This document shows, piece by piece, positions 13,044-25,479 of a DNA stretch of 64,000 nt. This stretch comes from Dicyema japonicum. Lineage: Eukaryota > Animalia > Dicyemida. Location of the stretch: positions 1,532,111-1,596,110 of the forward strand of contig RDEW01000002.1 of assembly GCA_011109175.1 (NCBI GenBank), in the 5' to 3' direction. The stretch's first letter is position 1. The number at the start of each line of letters is the position of its first letter. Both the position numbers and the translations under genes were made by a program. The notes under the pieces were generated by a model that was not told the DNA's origin, ran no database searches, and saw only the letters and a program-made list of their open reading frames with translations.

Positions 13044-13633
13044 GGTGCAATACCTGTTGGATGATGAGGCTGTGAGAATAGCTACCTTGCTTCGTCTTGG
13101 TCTTAAATTGTGTGCCGAAAGAAAATGCCGCTGTGGACGTTGGATCGATCCTTTTGGTTATCATCCCTTGTCATGGAAGATGAGTGCGGGTCGTTTCCCC
13201 AGGCACTCCTGTCTTAACATGACATTAAAGAATTCCCTTGCCTCTGCTGGACACCATTGCCTGTTAGAACCTGCTGGTCTTTCCCGAAACGATGGAAAAC
13301 GCCCTGATGGGATGACGACTTTTCCATTCGCCAACGGACGAAACCTGATCTGGGACGCGACGTGTGTTGATACTTATTCCCCGTCTAATTTGGTTGCTTC
13401 TGCTTCAGACCCAGGACATGCTTCAAAGCAGGCCGAGGAACGAAAGAGGAGGAAGTACCAGAGAATTTCGGAGGAGTATCTTTTTGTTCCATTCGCGGTG
13501 GAAACGTCAGGAATCCTTGGCCTCCAAGCAGATGAGTTGGTTCGTAAGATCGGCTCCATGATTCAAGCTGTGACCAAGGATCCGCGAGAGACTGGTTGGT
13601 TCCAAAAACGTATCTCGTTGGCTATTGTTAGGG
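13044..13633 (+). mobile_element. CRE-like RLE-domain fragment (second subfamily) flanked by 60-bp direct repeats
   Basis: CRCG..H zinc knuckle, DGKRPDG, IWDATCVD, PFAVETSG; direct repeats at 12984-13043 and 13634-13693. Confidence 0.9.
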
Positions 13634-14869
13634 AATAAAAAGTGAAATTATTATTATTTAGAAATAACGAGTTTTATTTTTATGGGAAACAATTAAATCA
13701 AAATTACTACTCGCTTCTAGACTTTCTCTCTTAGAAGAGGAGTCGTTGACCTGGATCCCATCAGTTTTCACCTCACTCAAGTTACCTGGAACGTCATTGT
13801 ACTGGGTTGCCAACTCCACCAGGTGATCGGTTGCTGTAACCAGGTCTTCCTCGATCGTGTGGACCCCTTACTTATACTCCACTAGCATGCTCTTTAACGT
13901 CTTTTTGAGGACAACGGATTGGATGTGTGTTCTGGTTGGCGCATCAATTGTGATAGCTCCAAATGAGATCTATAAGCTTCGAGACGACACCGTCCTAGGT
14001 TAAAGAAGACAATACAAAGCTCGGACCTTGGACGTCCTAGGTTAAAAAGCCACAACATCAATATTTTCATCTTCGTAACAATTATAAAAAATAGAGTTGA
14101 GCGACTTCCTTTGATACTATCCATCAGGTATTTCTGTTAATATTCCTTAATAGCGTTAGGGCTTATTTGGGTGGGATCCATCTTGTACTTGAAAGCTAGG
14201 AATCCTGTGATTGTAATCAGATGTGTATTCTTAGTTTTAAGGATCCGCAGGATTCCATCTTTTCTAAGACCAATGCTGGACTTTCTTCCAAATCAGCATG
14301 GAATTGGTACAACATGCATTCACTTTTATGAGAAATTGAAACAAGTCTCTCCCAAGTTCAGCACGATTAATGTATAATCTTTCCTTGTTAGCATACTCTG
14401 TTAAGATACGGCGAAAGCTTTGAGCAAGCTAACTTCTCTTATATTTTTTGCTGCACATGCTATAAATATTATGGCTCTCGTGAAAGTGCTAATAAGATAC
14501 GGCGAATTTCAACATCAAAAGACTCAAATTCCTTCGGAAAAAAAACAAAAGTAAATTAAAACTCATTAATGGCTTCGTAGCCATATGATTTGGGGTGATC
14601 AGCCCGGACACGAAGATTTCCCCTGGTTCTCATGCTATACAACATTAATTAATTTATTGAACTGGATAACAACTGTCATAGCCAGAATGAAAAAATTCAG
14701 GTGACCCCGGCCTCCCTCAGGAATCTTCGCATATCAGAAAAATAGAAAAAAGATCGGATGAGCGATGGTGAAAGACCAATAATTTTGGGTCCATACTTGG
14801 AGACATTGAGGACATCGTTCTAAGAAAGACCCTTGCAACAGCTGCGTATAGTTAAAAGAACTGTATTGA

Positions 14870-15060
14870 TACAAGACGATCAAGTATACCATTCCGGCTG
14901 TACAACAATTTTGTTAAACCAGTCCTATTGTATGATTCGTCAATGTGGGCAATGTCCAAGGCTGAAGAACTTGGGATAGACTCCTTTCATTGAAGGCAGC
15001 TCAGGAAATTGATTGGATTGTGAAGAACATTTAGACGACTCGAGAAAGGTTGCACACGAC
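14870..15060 (+). mobile_element. RTE-like LINE fragment
   Basis: RLYNNFVKPVLLYDSSMWAMSK..IDSFH*RQLRKLIG, homologous to ORF 34890-35294. Confidence 0.65.
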
Positions 15061-17280
15061 AGTGGAAGAAGGAACCACTTGGTTTGATCGTAAGGCCGAA
15101 TGGGTAAAATTATTGTGGTTTTACGTGTGTTGCATATTCAAAAAATGAAATAAATTTTGTAAAAATATAATATTTAGTGTTTTTAGATATTAGTTAACTA
15201 GTCTACCAATTCTAGTCTAGCAATCGAGACACACCACCAGCATAGGCAGTGTTTCTTAACCTTTTTTTCGTTTCGCCTCCGTCAATAATTTATCACCCCC
15301 ACAATAACTATAGGTAGTAATGCTATAATTAATTATTAATTTTTATTAAGACCCTTGACTATGGTAGAGATTTACTAGATGCTCTATTTTGGGATTCTTT
15401 TAGTAAGAGCTACTCTGATGTCTTTTTTTGCAGATACTCAAGTTATTGCCTGACCAGCATTCAATGGATCCATCTTTTCATTCTACTATTGACCTGCCTA
15501 GATGAGGCTCCACTGAGAATCGTCAGGATCATGGGATTAGTTAGTTTGATTTACCCTTGGTCTTTAGAATAATTTTTTTATTATTGCGCTTTTCCCCCAT
15601 CAGATGTACTACCTGTTCAATACAATATTCATGAAAACGATCGCATTTTCTATTTTGTTTACTTTTATAAATTATTCGTATTACAATTTTTATATTTTCA
15701 TGTAGTTCAGTCGATAAATTATTGTGACCTGCCTGCGTTAAATAAAATGGATAAATATCGCATGTTGGATTTTTGTTTTAAAAAGTCATAAATGCACAAT
15801 ATTTGCCGACCATGGCTATTGCATCATCAATCGCAGACTATATTATGAGTTTTTTTAGATATGATTTAAAATTCGGAAAAAGTTAAAATCTTGCTGTGTC
15901 GATGATTTAAAAGTAACAATTAATGGCATACCGTCAATCCTTCCTAGAATTGTATCGTTACTGAATGGAATAGTAGTAATTCGGAGATTCCCTTTGGGAA
16001 TACGTTTTATAGACATTTCTTACAGCAGTATAGTGTCGCATGGCAATGGTTACACTAAAATAAACGTTACAGTACTTGACCTTGATGCTACAGATACTTG
16101 GGTCAGGGTTAGTTTGTTTTCTTCTTTCAATTATAAAGCTTCATAGAAGAGAGAAATCTGTGGTAAAAATTAATTTTGTGGTAAATCAGTCAGGGCCGTT
16201 GTATGAACTATTTATTTTATTTTGTACTATTAATAAAGATAACAAGATCACTGACCATGCTAAACAGAATAGGATCGCTGATCGCGAAGATGAAAAATGA
16301 TAAAAAAGAAAGGAGCTGGCTAATAGCCCATTTCCTTGCAAATCGTCAGGAGAAATAAACTCAATTATAGAGAAGCTAATGATCGCTAACTGTTGTTTTT
16401 TGTCTTTAATAACTTAATAAATTTAAAAAAATAAAAAAAGGTCAACTACCATAATGGCACTCATGACAATGAGGGTCATTTATGTAAAATAAAAAATCTG
16501 TATTGGCGACAATTTCTAATAAAAAATCCTGAAGAATTTGGGAATTTGTATGTATTTATTAAAAAAGTTATTTTTATTATTTTGTCATTGTTTTTTGAAG
16601 GTTTTTAATTTAATATCTATTTCTAGTGATTGAGGATACTTGAATTGCTCGTGTTCTAATAAACGAGATGGATTACCCGCTTCTTTAGAAAAGTCAACAC
16701 CGTGGCAAGCACTTTCGATTATTCAGTCCCGTGTTTTTGGTCAAGGTAGTCTAATCCAAGTTCGTTCAAATTTTGTCCCAGATTAAACTCGAACCCAGAG
16801 AACAGCCAAAGTTTCCTCGTTCCGTAATTAGCTGCATCCAATCCCCCTGAGACCATCATTTCATCCATTCACAAGAGGAGTGAAACGAGAGGTCACGTCC
16901 ATCTCGATAAGATAAAGACATTGTGTTGTATCTAATCCCCCAAGTCCATCACACACCAACAAACACCCGGGGAACAGGTCCCACAGAATTTGAATGTTAG
17001 TCTACAGAATTTGATATCTGCGAATTTGTGAAGGCAAAACTTGTCAGAATAAATTAAAAAATAACAATTGAATGCAATAAAGTCATTATTATTTTTCGTA
17101 TAATAAATTGTCTTTGTTTTTATAGAAGTATTACAAAAGTGAATTTCACGTCCATTCAAAAAACCATCAATTATTCCTTTCAAAGGCTTCACTATTGTCT
17201 TCACTGTATAAATTACCCATTGCGCTAAAAGACATTAATCCATATAGAGTACTATACTACCTTCACAAGAATCTGGGCAC

Positions 17281-17475
17281 AAGTCGTCCTCTTTGAATTA
17301 GTTGGAGTACAATGACCCTCTCAAAGTCATCATGGATTAGTTGGACTACTAGTCAGCCTCTCAGTACCTCCATGAAGTAATTGGTGTTATAACCAACCTT
17401 TCAAAGTCACCATGGATCAGTTGGACTACTAGTCAGCCTCTCAAAGTTATCTTTGAGTAATTTGACTTGCAATCA
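17281..17475. repeat. 40-bp-period degenerate tandem repeat with alternating units
   Basis: 17321-17360 and 17401-17440 differ at 2 positions; the intervening and flanking 40-mers are diverged versions of the same unit. Confidence 0.85.
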
Positions 17476-18135
17476 TTTTCACCATGAATTTTGGGGGTTC
17501 TAACCAGCAAAGTCATCAGAGTTAGTTGGGGCAGCAACAAGGTTCTCCAAATCAAGAAGAAAGTCTTATTTGTTAGACAAGGTTGAGTATTGATTACAAA
17601 GTCATGGTATTTATCACGTGGCCCACCAATGGAAATAACCCGGAAAAGGGGAGAAATTGGACTACCATAAAATTCATTAAAGAAATCGAATGAAATATCA
17701 ATATTAATACCTTCTTTGTTTAAAGCTGAAATTAATAGCTTCATTGCTAAGAAACAATGGATTTGAAGCACTAAATGGGTCAGCCTATTGTGGACTGTGT
17801 TCTTAATGCCACTAATAAAGGTTTTAAACAAAAGGCTCTCAATTGAACTGATTTATTACCAAAAAATCCATATTTATTGTTTTCCTTTGTTTCCAAGCCA
17901 ATGGTAAACCACAAATGAAAAACTTGTAAGAGGGGTAGATGAGTGAGCATTTCACGCTCAATTAGCTTGTCTGAGACACCGAATATTAAAATGTTCATAT
18001 TTTGGTGGTAGTTGTAGTTTGCGTTGTCAGGGTTGCGTATATTAGCGTCGTTTTAGCTATTATTTAGAACAAATAGGCATTGTTCCGCAAACAAAGTAGA
18101 AAGGTGAAGTTTTTTATAGCTGGTCTTTGTAATTA

Positions 18136-19070
18136 ATGGAACAAAAAAATAAATTAATGGCTATTCCATCAAATGCTAATCCAATCGAGTTAAATAATAA
18201 TTCTCGTCAAAACTCATTCCATGATAGTTATATACCACAGCAGGAGTATGTTGCCCACATGGGGTCATTGAACCAAAATGATATCTTCCTTACCCCAATA
18301 ACGGACTATAGTAAGATCAATGGGCTCAGGATGGTCCCGGAGACCATGAACCAACAGAATGGATCCATTCAAATGTTTAGTGAAATGAAGGAAAAGAGCA
18401 GTGAGGTTGGAAAGAACAGAATTAAGAGACCAATGAACTCTTTTATGGTTTGGGCGAGGGACCAGAGGAAAATAATGTCGACAGAAAATCCGAAAATGCA
18501 CAATTCTGAAATTTCAAAGCGGTTGGGAGCTGATTGGAAGATGTTGAGTGAGGAAGACAAGAAGCCCTTCATTGAAAGGGCCAGATGGCTGAGGTCCGAG
18601 CATTTACGAATAAACCCCGACTACAAATACAGACCGAGAAGGAAAAACAAAAATGTAATGAGAAAAGAGCAAAATCCCCGAATGGATATGATGAATAACA
18701 TCCCCCAACATTCTATAAATCGCATTCCCATGCCGAGGATGAACGCCAATGAAGGATACTACGTGGATCCTTACCACCCAAATCAACTAAATTACCAGAA
18801 TTACCCCAATTTTGGAAGTGGCCATTTTCAGCCAAATTCGAATTCTTTTTTTCAATGCCAACAAAATAACATGCAGCAGTTTATCCACCAATTCAACGGG
18901 ACCGAGAACGCCCAAGTTTCTGTTCCCGGTCATTTTGAATATTACCGGACTTCAATTCCGGAAAACGGAGACCACTCGGCCTACCTCCAGCATTACAATG
19001 GCCATCCAAGCAATCGAAATGTAATTTTATTCTTGACCTTTAGTACTCACTGGACGGTCCCCGGATCTAA
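18136..19070 (+). CDS. SoxB: SoxB-group HMG-box transcription factor; probable 23-nt intron at 19021-19043
   Basis: HMG box [41 protein letters not shown]...[10 protein letters not shown]. The ORF tail contains GTAATTTTATTCTTGACCTTTAG, typical of this genome's micro-introns; splicing gives the end YSLDGPRI* (the unspliced ORF ends at 19125). Confidence 0.93.
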
Positions 19071-20354
19071 CTTTAATTTTAGAAAACTTATAAAGTCTAT
19101 TTTTTACAAAAACACTAATAATTAAATTTATTTTTAAATTAGCATCCACGTGCTGTTTCACGTTTACACGTTAATTTTTAAAATATGCTTTAACCACAAC
19201 AATTAATTTCCGTAGACAGTATAATTCAAATGTGGGAAATTCACTCCCAAATTAGCTTTTGGGGGATGCAGCGTTAACACATTTCCAATGACTGGCAAAA
19301 TATCGAGTCTGACGAATGGAGGAAACTGAATAAATACTCGTCCCTTGGAGATCGTCAATCGCCTTTATAACCCACGGAACTTGGGGGTGGATAAGGGGTC
19401 GTCAAAGAAACTGGATACGCGATTGCGAGTCTGACACTTTCGCAAACAGAAATGCATTCCACAGCGACTATGTGTGGCCATCATCCACAGCAATGCCCAC
19501 TATGTTTGTCAGCTGGACCATGATTTGTTACCAATGTCCTGTTTCTGTCTCCAATGGATTGTTTTATAAATTTATACCCTTAACAGAAGTCATTAACCTA
19601 TCTTCCCACGTGCAAAATGCTTTATCATCTATTAGATCCCATTAGATAGAGATTCATTATGTTGAAGGTTCCTGAATTTTTGTGTTACTTATTCACGGAA
19701 TATAGGAGATAAGCATCAAGGGCACTTTAATCCGTTCCAGCACGATATTTGCAGGAGCTTTTATTGAGGAATTTAGTTCAATAACGGGTCTTGAGGTCTT
19801 GGTTTTCCGTCAAGGAATTATTAATACTAAATAATCAATTCGCCTTGTTATGCTGGCTCAATACTATTCTACCATCCTTGATGACTTCGGTTAGTCGAAG
19901 TAAAGGTATCGACATGTAAATTTGTACATCGCCCTTTAGTTTGTTCACTTCATTTATGCGGGGGTAAAATTCATTTTGAAAATGCTTATTGTTCACTTAT
20001 TGATTTTCGTTCTACCATGCTGTCTCTCTCCATGAGGATCTTTTCTCGTGCTCCCATCAGTCGAGTTGATTTCTTTTATTTCTTTCAAATGTCCCTCTAG
20101 CTCTGTGAGCTACGGGTGAAGCGACTTCAGGTACTTCCTGGTATTATTTCTTAGCTGCTTCATAAATCTAGTAAAACATCTCCCGATACATCCAGAGGTG
20201 AGTTCCAACTATTCTTATGTTTGGTTAATAAATCAGCTTCTAGGTGGGAAAATCACTTCTGTTTGGAAATTTGTTATTCTTTGTAACTTCAAATTTGTTG
20301 AAGTGTTTCCTTAGACAGCTATCACCATTCTGCGGTCACTGACATTTGTTTTTC

Positions 20355-20658
20355 ATATAAACGTGCTTTGTAACGAGTGCTGAGCAAGAGGCTTGATGAT
20401 CTCTATTTCGAATCTCGCTGTTGTACATTCGTGCTGAAAATTCCACGCAGCTGCAATGCTTTGGCTTGACGAATGAGTCATCATCAGTGAACATCTCACT
20501 ACGGACCCCGGATCTATAAAGGACTCACACCAACAAAAGAAAAAAATTCCTTGGTTCTCCCTTTAAGATTTGTTATGATAACTGTTCTTTGCTTAAATAA
20601 AGTGTGTCCTGTCTTGGAGGAGCGATAACTAATATGGCTTTTCGTAAAGTGCAGTATT
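20355..20658 (+). mobile_element. tRNA-derived SINE, copy C
   Basis: Same head (TTCGAATCTC), core (GGCTTGACGAATGAGTCATCATCAGT) and tail (AAAGTGCAG) as copy A. Confidence 0.8.
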
Positions 20659-20669
20659 ACTACAATTGG

Positions 20670-21443
20670 CACAAATTGTTCTCTCGAATCCGCCGCATTT
20701 TTTAAAAATACAAAATTTCCTATGAGAAATTCTCGAATCCGCCAATTTATCGAATCCGCCCATTTTTAAAAATAATTTTTTTTTTTCTTATTATTTTTAT
20801 TTTTTTAATTAAAAAAAACTGATAAAATTGAACTCGGAAAATCATAAAATGAGGCATGTAAAGAAATAGGCCTTAAGGATGGTATAATTTATACCTATCA
20901 AGCATGGAAGAAGCTAAAACTGTTTTCGACATGCTAAATGGACCCAAGATTTTATTGAAGAAATTAATAAGGAGTTTTCGCCTGAAACTTATCAAGAATT
21001 CGTGTCAAGACTGCAAATAAATGATCCAATTCCAGAAGATGAGTTTCTTCTCAATGAGTATACAGAGAATGAAGAGATCCTGGAAAATTTGGATGAAAAT
21101 GATGAAGACAAAGAATTAATGATGGAGAATAAAAGAATGAACAAGTCGTTTTAGTCTATGATGCAACGAATGCTGTCTATACATTGAGGAAGTACTTTAA
21201 TCAGAAGGATGAAGTTAACTTAAATGTCTTCAATCTCCTTGATGATGTTAGTAGAAACACCAAAACGAACATTAAAACAAGAATTACAGATTATCTTAAA
21301 AAATAAATGTTTTCATTTTTAATTAGTCTTAAAAATTAAAAAAATACATTTTTTTTAATTTATAAAAAATTCAAATTTTCCTCTCGAATCCGCCGTAATT
21401 TCCCAGGTCCCAAATTTGGCGGATTCGAACGGTTTTGCTTTAT
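20670..21443 (+). mobile_element. Internally deleted pogo/Tigger-like element
   Basis: Repeated subterminal motif TCGAATCCGCC (x4) with an inverted copy GGCGGATTCGA at the right end; transposase C-terminal remnant (LKDGIIYTYQAWKK plus an acidic tail). Confidence 0.65.
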
Positions 21444-21743
21444 CAAGTTCAGGAAATTTGTCGATTTGCATGAACCTTTTTTGAAGGAATATAATTTTTA
21501 GATGTTTTTAATATGGAGTCTCAGGAATTAAGAATATTATCAACGGGTTTTCTTAAATTCGATTATTAAATAAATCAGACAATCTGTGAGCGATTTTTTG
21601 GCACGATTTAGTATTATTCTCGTTTTTATATCTCAAAATTTCGAGTTTTGGAAACAATTAAGCCTTGAATAATTGCAACGAGTTGCTTTCGATCATATGG
21701 TAAAATTTTTAGTTTAAAATTTTTATTTTTTAATAAAATAATT

Positions 21744-22165
21744 CTTGATCGAGGAGATGGGAAGAGACCTGATGGGATTGACCCTTTTCCCCTTCACGTC
21801 TGGAAGATCTTTGGTCTGGGACGCAACTTGCATAGACACGTTCTCAAGCACGAACATTTTTAAATCTGTTCAGACACCTGGAGCAGCTGCTTCGACCGCG
21901 GAAAACCTAAAAATCAAGAAATATTCTTGCCTCGGGGATCGCTACCGATTTACTCCTGTTGCGACCGAATCATCGGGAGCCGTTGGTCCAATGACGGCTG
22001 AATTCTTGCAAGAACTCGGAGGATTGCTTGCCAGAAAGAAAAGGGATCAACGAGAAGGGTTATGGCTAAGACAAAAGATCGGAATAGCCATACTCCGAGG
22101 GAACTCGTTCGCAATCCACGCAGCAGGCTTCCTCAACTGACATTTGTTTAATTGTTAAAAAAAAT
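21744..22165 (+). mobile_element. CRE-like retrotransposon 3' fragment
   Basis: LVWDATCIDT, PVATESSG, WLRQKIGIAILRGN, followed by poly(A). Confidence 0.9.
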
Positions 22166-22574
22166 TTTGTTAATAAAAAAATAAATAAAAAATAATTGAA
22201 AAAGATTAGTAAAAATAAATTTTATTTTTTTAATAATGTGTGGTCAATTTGAGAATTGGTTAATTTCTTAGGAAAATTGCCTTTTTCGAACCCCTGACGT
22301 GAACTTATAGCCATAAATTGGCCAATTTAGCTATTGTTGAGGTTTAACTTGTATTTATTATAAAGTTTTTGCTTTGTTCGACGAAACCGTTATTCGGGGA
22401 CAAAATATGTAAATACACTTATAGGAAGAATTTCTGACCCCAAGAAAATATTTTTAATATTATTTCGCCCATTGTCTTCAGCGGTTAACTCGTCGATTTG
22501 AAAACTGTATTAAGGAAAGAAAAGAGAGTAAACGGTTATATAGCTGCTGCCCAGACTGCGTGACTATTACCTTT

Positions 22575-23190
22575 CATGATTTATTTTAATAACCCCGGGA
22601 ACGCCGAGAAAGAAAGACAAAAGAGTCAAACAGTTAGGTGATCCCAGTCCTCGCAATCAATTGTGCCATTCGACGTCTGTGATCTTCCATCGTCCCCACT
22701 ATCTTCCGGAAGAGCCTTCTCTCCGTCTTGCAGAGGAATCCGATCGGGGAGGGGAATTTCTTATCCAATCGGTTTTCTCTTGCCATGGAAAGGATCAGGC
22801 GAAGCGGATTTCCATCTTCCTCACAGACGCGAAGAAATCCGGAGCCACAACTACGGATCTTAGCTTCCATGAGTAGTGACTGTTGATCCATTACGTGGGC
22901 AAAGCATACTGATTTGTTTTTCGGTATATCGAGTTGATTCTTTGGACCATAGACTCCGATAGCCCGAATCTCCATGCAACGGAGGCATACTCAATGGCAG
23001 GCGCGATTGTTTGTTGGTAGAGGGTAGAAACGGAAAAATCCATGTTCCTCGTGGTCCTCCGAACAAGGGCGCGTATAACGTTAACTTTCTGGAGGCCCCT
23101 GGTAATCATGTCTGTTGCGTGGGAGTTGAAATTGAGAAGGCTGTCGTACTTGACTCCAAGGACAGTGGGGGACCTTGTCACTGGAACCTC
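22575..23190 (-). mobile_element. Ingi/Vingi-like LINE 3' fragment
   Basis: PTVLGVKYDSLLNF..H, LYQQTIAPAIEYAS..W, C-terminal C..C...H motif; 3' UTR ending CGGGGTTATTAAAATAA. Confidence 0.75.
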
Positions 23191-23700
23191 TCATGATGGC
23201 GGAGCAATATTCGCTCATATAACCACCAGCGCTCACAAGGGTCTCTTGTTCGTGTAACGATCCGATTCCCTAGACGACTCAAGAATTCCAGCGTCGTAGG
23301 CGCAAGGGAACCAGACGTCTCAACGGCGAGTGGGACAAACAAAAAATTCTTGGGTAAGACCGCGTACTTTTCCCGTTTCATCTTCTCGGCCTTCTCACCG
23401 ACAGAACAGGATCCAGAGGCATTCTGGAGTAGGTTGTGAGAGGAAAACGTGTAACGTCCCAGACAAGAGGTTTCTCGGCTTCAAAAGGAAGATTGTCATC
23501 CCATCTGATCGTTTCTCGTCCCGCCTCCAAAGACCGAATAGTTCGAGCATGAAGTGGGTGTCCGACAACCTCCAAAGCTCGCCTAACGATTTCGTTCAAG
23601 GCCACGTGTCTGGGAAATCTGCCTTCACTTTTCCTGCAGGAGAGATATCAGAAGCAGCTATCCTCTAACATGCATTCTATATCATCTAAACAAATGTTGT
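23190..23700 (-). mobile_element. CRE-like RLE fragment
   Basis: ALNEIVRRALE, LVWDVT, FVPLAVETSG, WLYERI; joined directly to the LINE fragment at ..IMRG. Confidence 0.85.
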
Positions 23701-23717
23701 CTAAAAATCAGAGAAAT

Positions 23718-23905
23718 CAGATACGTCAGGGATCCTTGGCCAACAAGCAAACGATCTAGTTCGTCAGATGGGCTAAATGATCCAAAGGGTCACCAAGGAT
23801 CCACTTGAGACTGGATGGCTTCGAGAGTGTATCTCGATAGCTATCGTCAGAGGAAGCAGCATGACCATTTAAGCTCTCTAACTTTTAATTTCTTAAAATT
23901 AAAAA
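23718..23905 (+). mobile_element. CRE-like extreme 3' fragment
   Basis: TSGILGQQANDLVRQMG..TKDPLETGWLRECISIAIVRG, same subfamily as the copies at 13044 and 56487. Confidence 0.8.
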
Positions 23906-24299
23906 TGTGGAAGTTTTTGCAAAAAACTCGCTGAAGTAAAAAATTAAAAGTTTCGACGGAGATGGGATTTGAGTCAAAAAAATTTTGCAAGCATTTTATC
24001 AAAACGAACTACGGACAAATTTATCAAAATAAAAAGGCTAAAAAAAACCACAAATAAAACGCCACTTGACACATTAAGAAATTATATTTTGGTTACGATT
24101 TATATAAAAGTGGAAAATATATGGAATCAGGAGTTTCTGTTAACAAAAATGGAAAAACAACATATTTCCACAAAATTGTGTCGTTCTACTCATCTGTTGA
24201 GAAATGTGTTACTTTATTAAAAATTACAATTTAAAGACATAAATTTTTAAACCTGATAACTTTTTAAATAACATTATTTTGTATTTTAACAGAGTTACG

Positions 24300-24525
24300 A
24301 TTCAAATAGATTGGCATATCTATCGCTTTCCTATGGAAAAAGATTTGTCTGTTTTTTGTTGGCCGAAATCAATCAAAAAGGTTCCAACTTTACTGGAAAT
24401 CCGGCGGTTTCCACTTTCCACGTAATAACTCCTTTGATAGCTCTGTGCATCGGACTCCTTCCTCTCCCGGGAGAGTCCAGCGAGAAAACCTTTAGCGTCC
24501 TTCAGCATCTACAGATAAAAATAGA
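24300..24525 (-). mobile_element. Degenerate CRE-like RLE fragment (duplicate of 26800-26935 with shared flank)
   Basis: Homologous to 26510-26935 including the same 5' junction and the AT-rich flank TTGATTCATAAAATATAATATT. Confidence 0.6.
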
Positions 24526-24689
24526 TTATAGTTGATTCATAAAATATAATATTTGTAAAAAACTAATTTAACGAGTATTAAAATATTAAGAGTGAATATT
24601 TATTATTGTTCTCAGATTCCGTTGTAGGTATTCCGAATGCGACAGGTGCAAAGCATATAAGTTTTAGCCAGGATTCCCAACTATCTATT

Positions 24690-25472
24690 GGACTTCGCTA
24701 GAATGAGTCATTTGACGAAGTTTGTCGGAAATGGAACGGGTTTGGACTCAAAATCCCTGAAGACACAACGAAGCAAAGTAATTGGGATAACATTCTCTGC
24801 TCCAAAATTTTGGAAGACCTTAAAAAAGAAGCAAATCAACATCGTCTGGCTTGTTTGATGTCAGCTTCAAGTGGAGGGAGTGGAGCATGGTTTGGTGCAA
24901 TACCTTGCCAAACCTAGGGACTCTTTTGGACGACGATTCTTTGAGGATTGGAATCGGACAAAGGATAGGAGTAGATGTTTGCTAGGAGCACCTATGCCGA
25001 TGCGGGAAAATAGTCGATGCGATGAGATTGCATCCTCTGTCCTGCAGAAGTGCCGGAAAAGGACCACGCCACGCTGCTCTGAACGATGTGATCGTCAGAG
25101 CTCTGAAGGCTACAGGCTTCTCATCACAGCTTGAACCAGTGGGTCTCGATCGAGGAGATGGAAAGAGACCTGACAGGATGACCCTTTTCCCTCACATCTG
25201 AAAGATCTTTAATCTGGGACGCAACTTGTGTTGACACATATTCAAGAACGAACCTTTTCAAATCGGTTCAGACACTTGGAGCAGCTGCTTCAACCGCGGA
25301 ATACCTAAAAATCAAGAAATATTATTGCCTCGGGGACCGGTACCGATTTACTACTGTTGCGGTCGAGTCATCAGGAGCCGTTGGTCCAATGACGGCTGAG
25401 CTCTTGCGCGAATTTGGAGGAATGCTTGCCAGAAAAAAAGGGATCAACGAGAAAGATTCTGGCTAAAACAAA
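24690..25472 (+). mobile_element. CRE-like retrotransposon fragment
   Basis: High identity to 12020-12780 (SGAWFGAIP, DGKRPD, VAVESSG); cut at WLKQI by an opposite-strand LINE. Confidence 0.9.
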
Positions 25473-25479
25473 TCGATCT

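Noticed and set aside
15248-15270. hAT/Charlie-like terminus CAGTGTTTCTTAACCTTTTT
   Set aside because: No partner TIR or TSD found.
19400-20350. Possible minus-strand DNA-transposase relic
   Set aside because: Too degenerate to assign; the same applies to 7720-8050, 13900-14480, 38750-39490, 41200-41840 and 48760-49000.
10445-22200. Spliced-leader RNA or other fixed target for the CRE elements
   Set aside because: Flanks of the CRE copies are only AT-rich; no shared target sequence or SL-like gene was seen.
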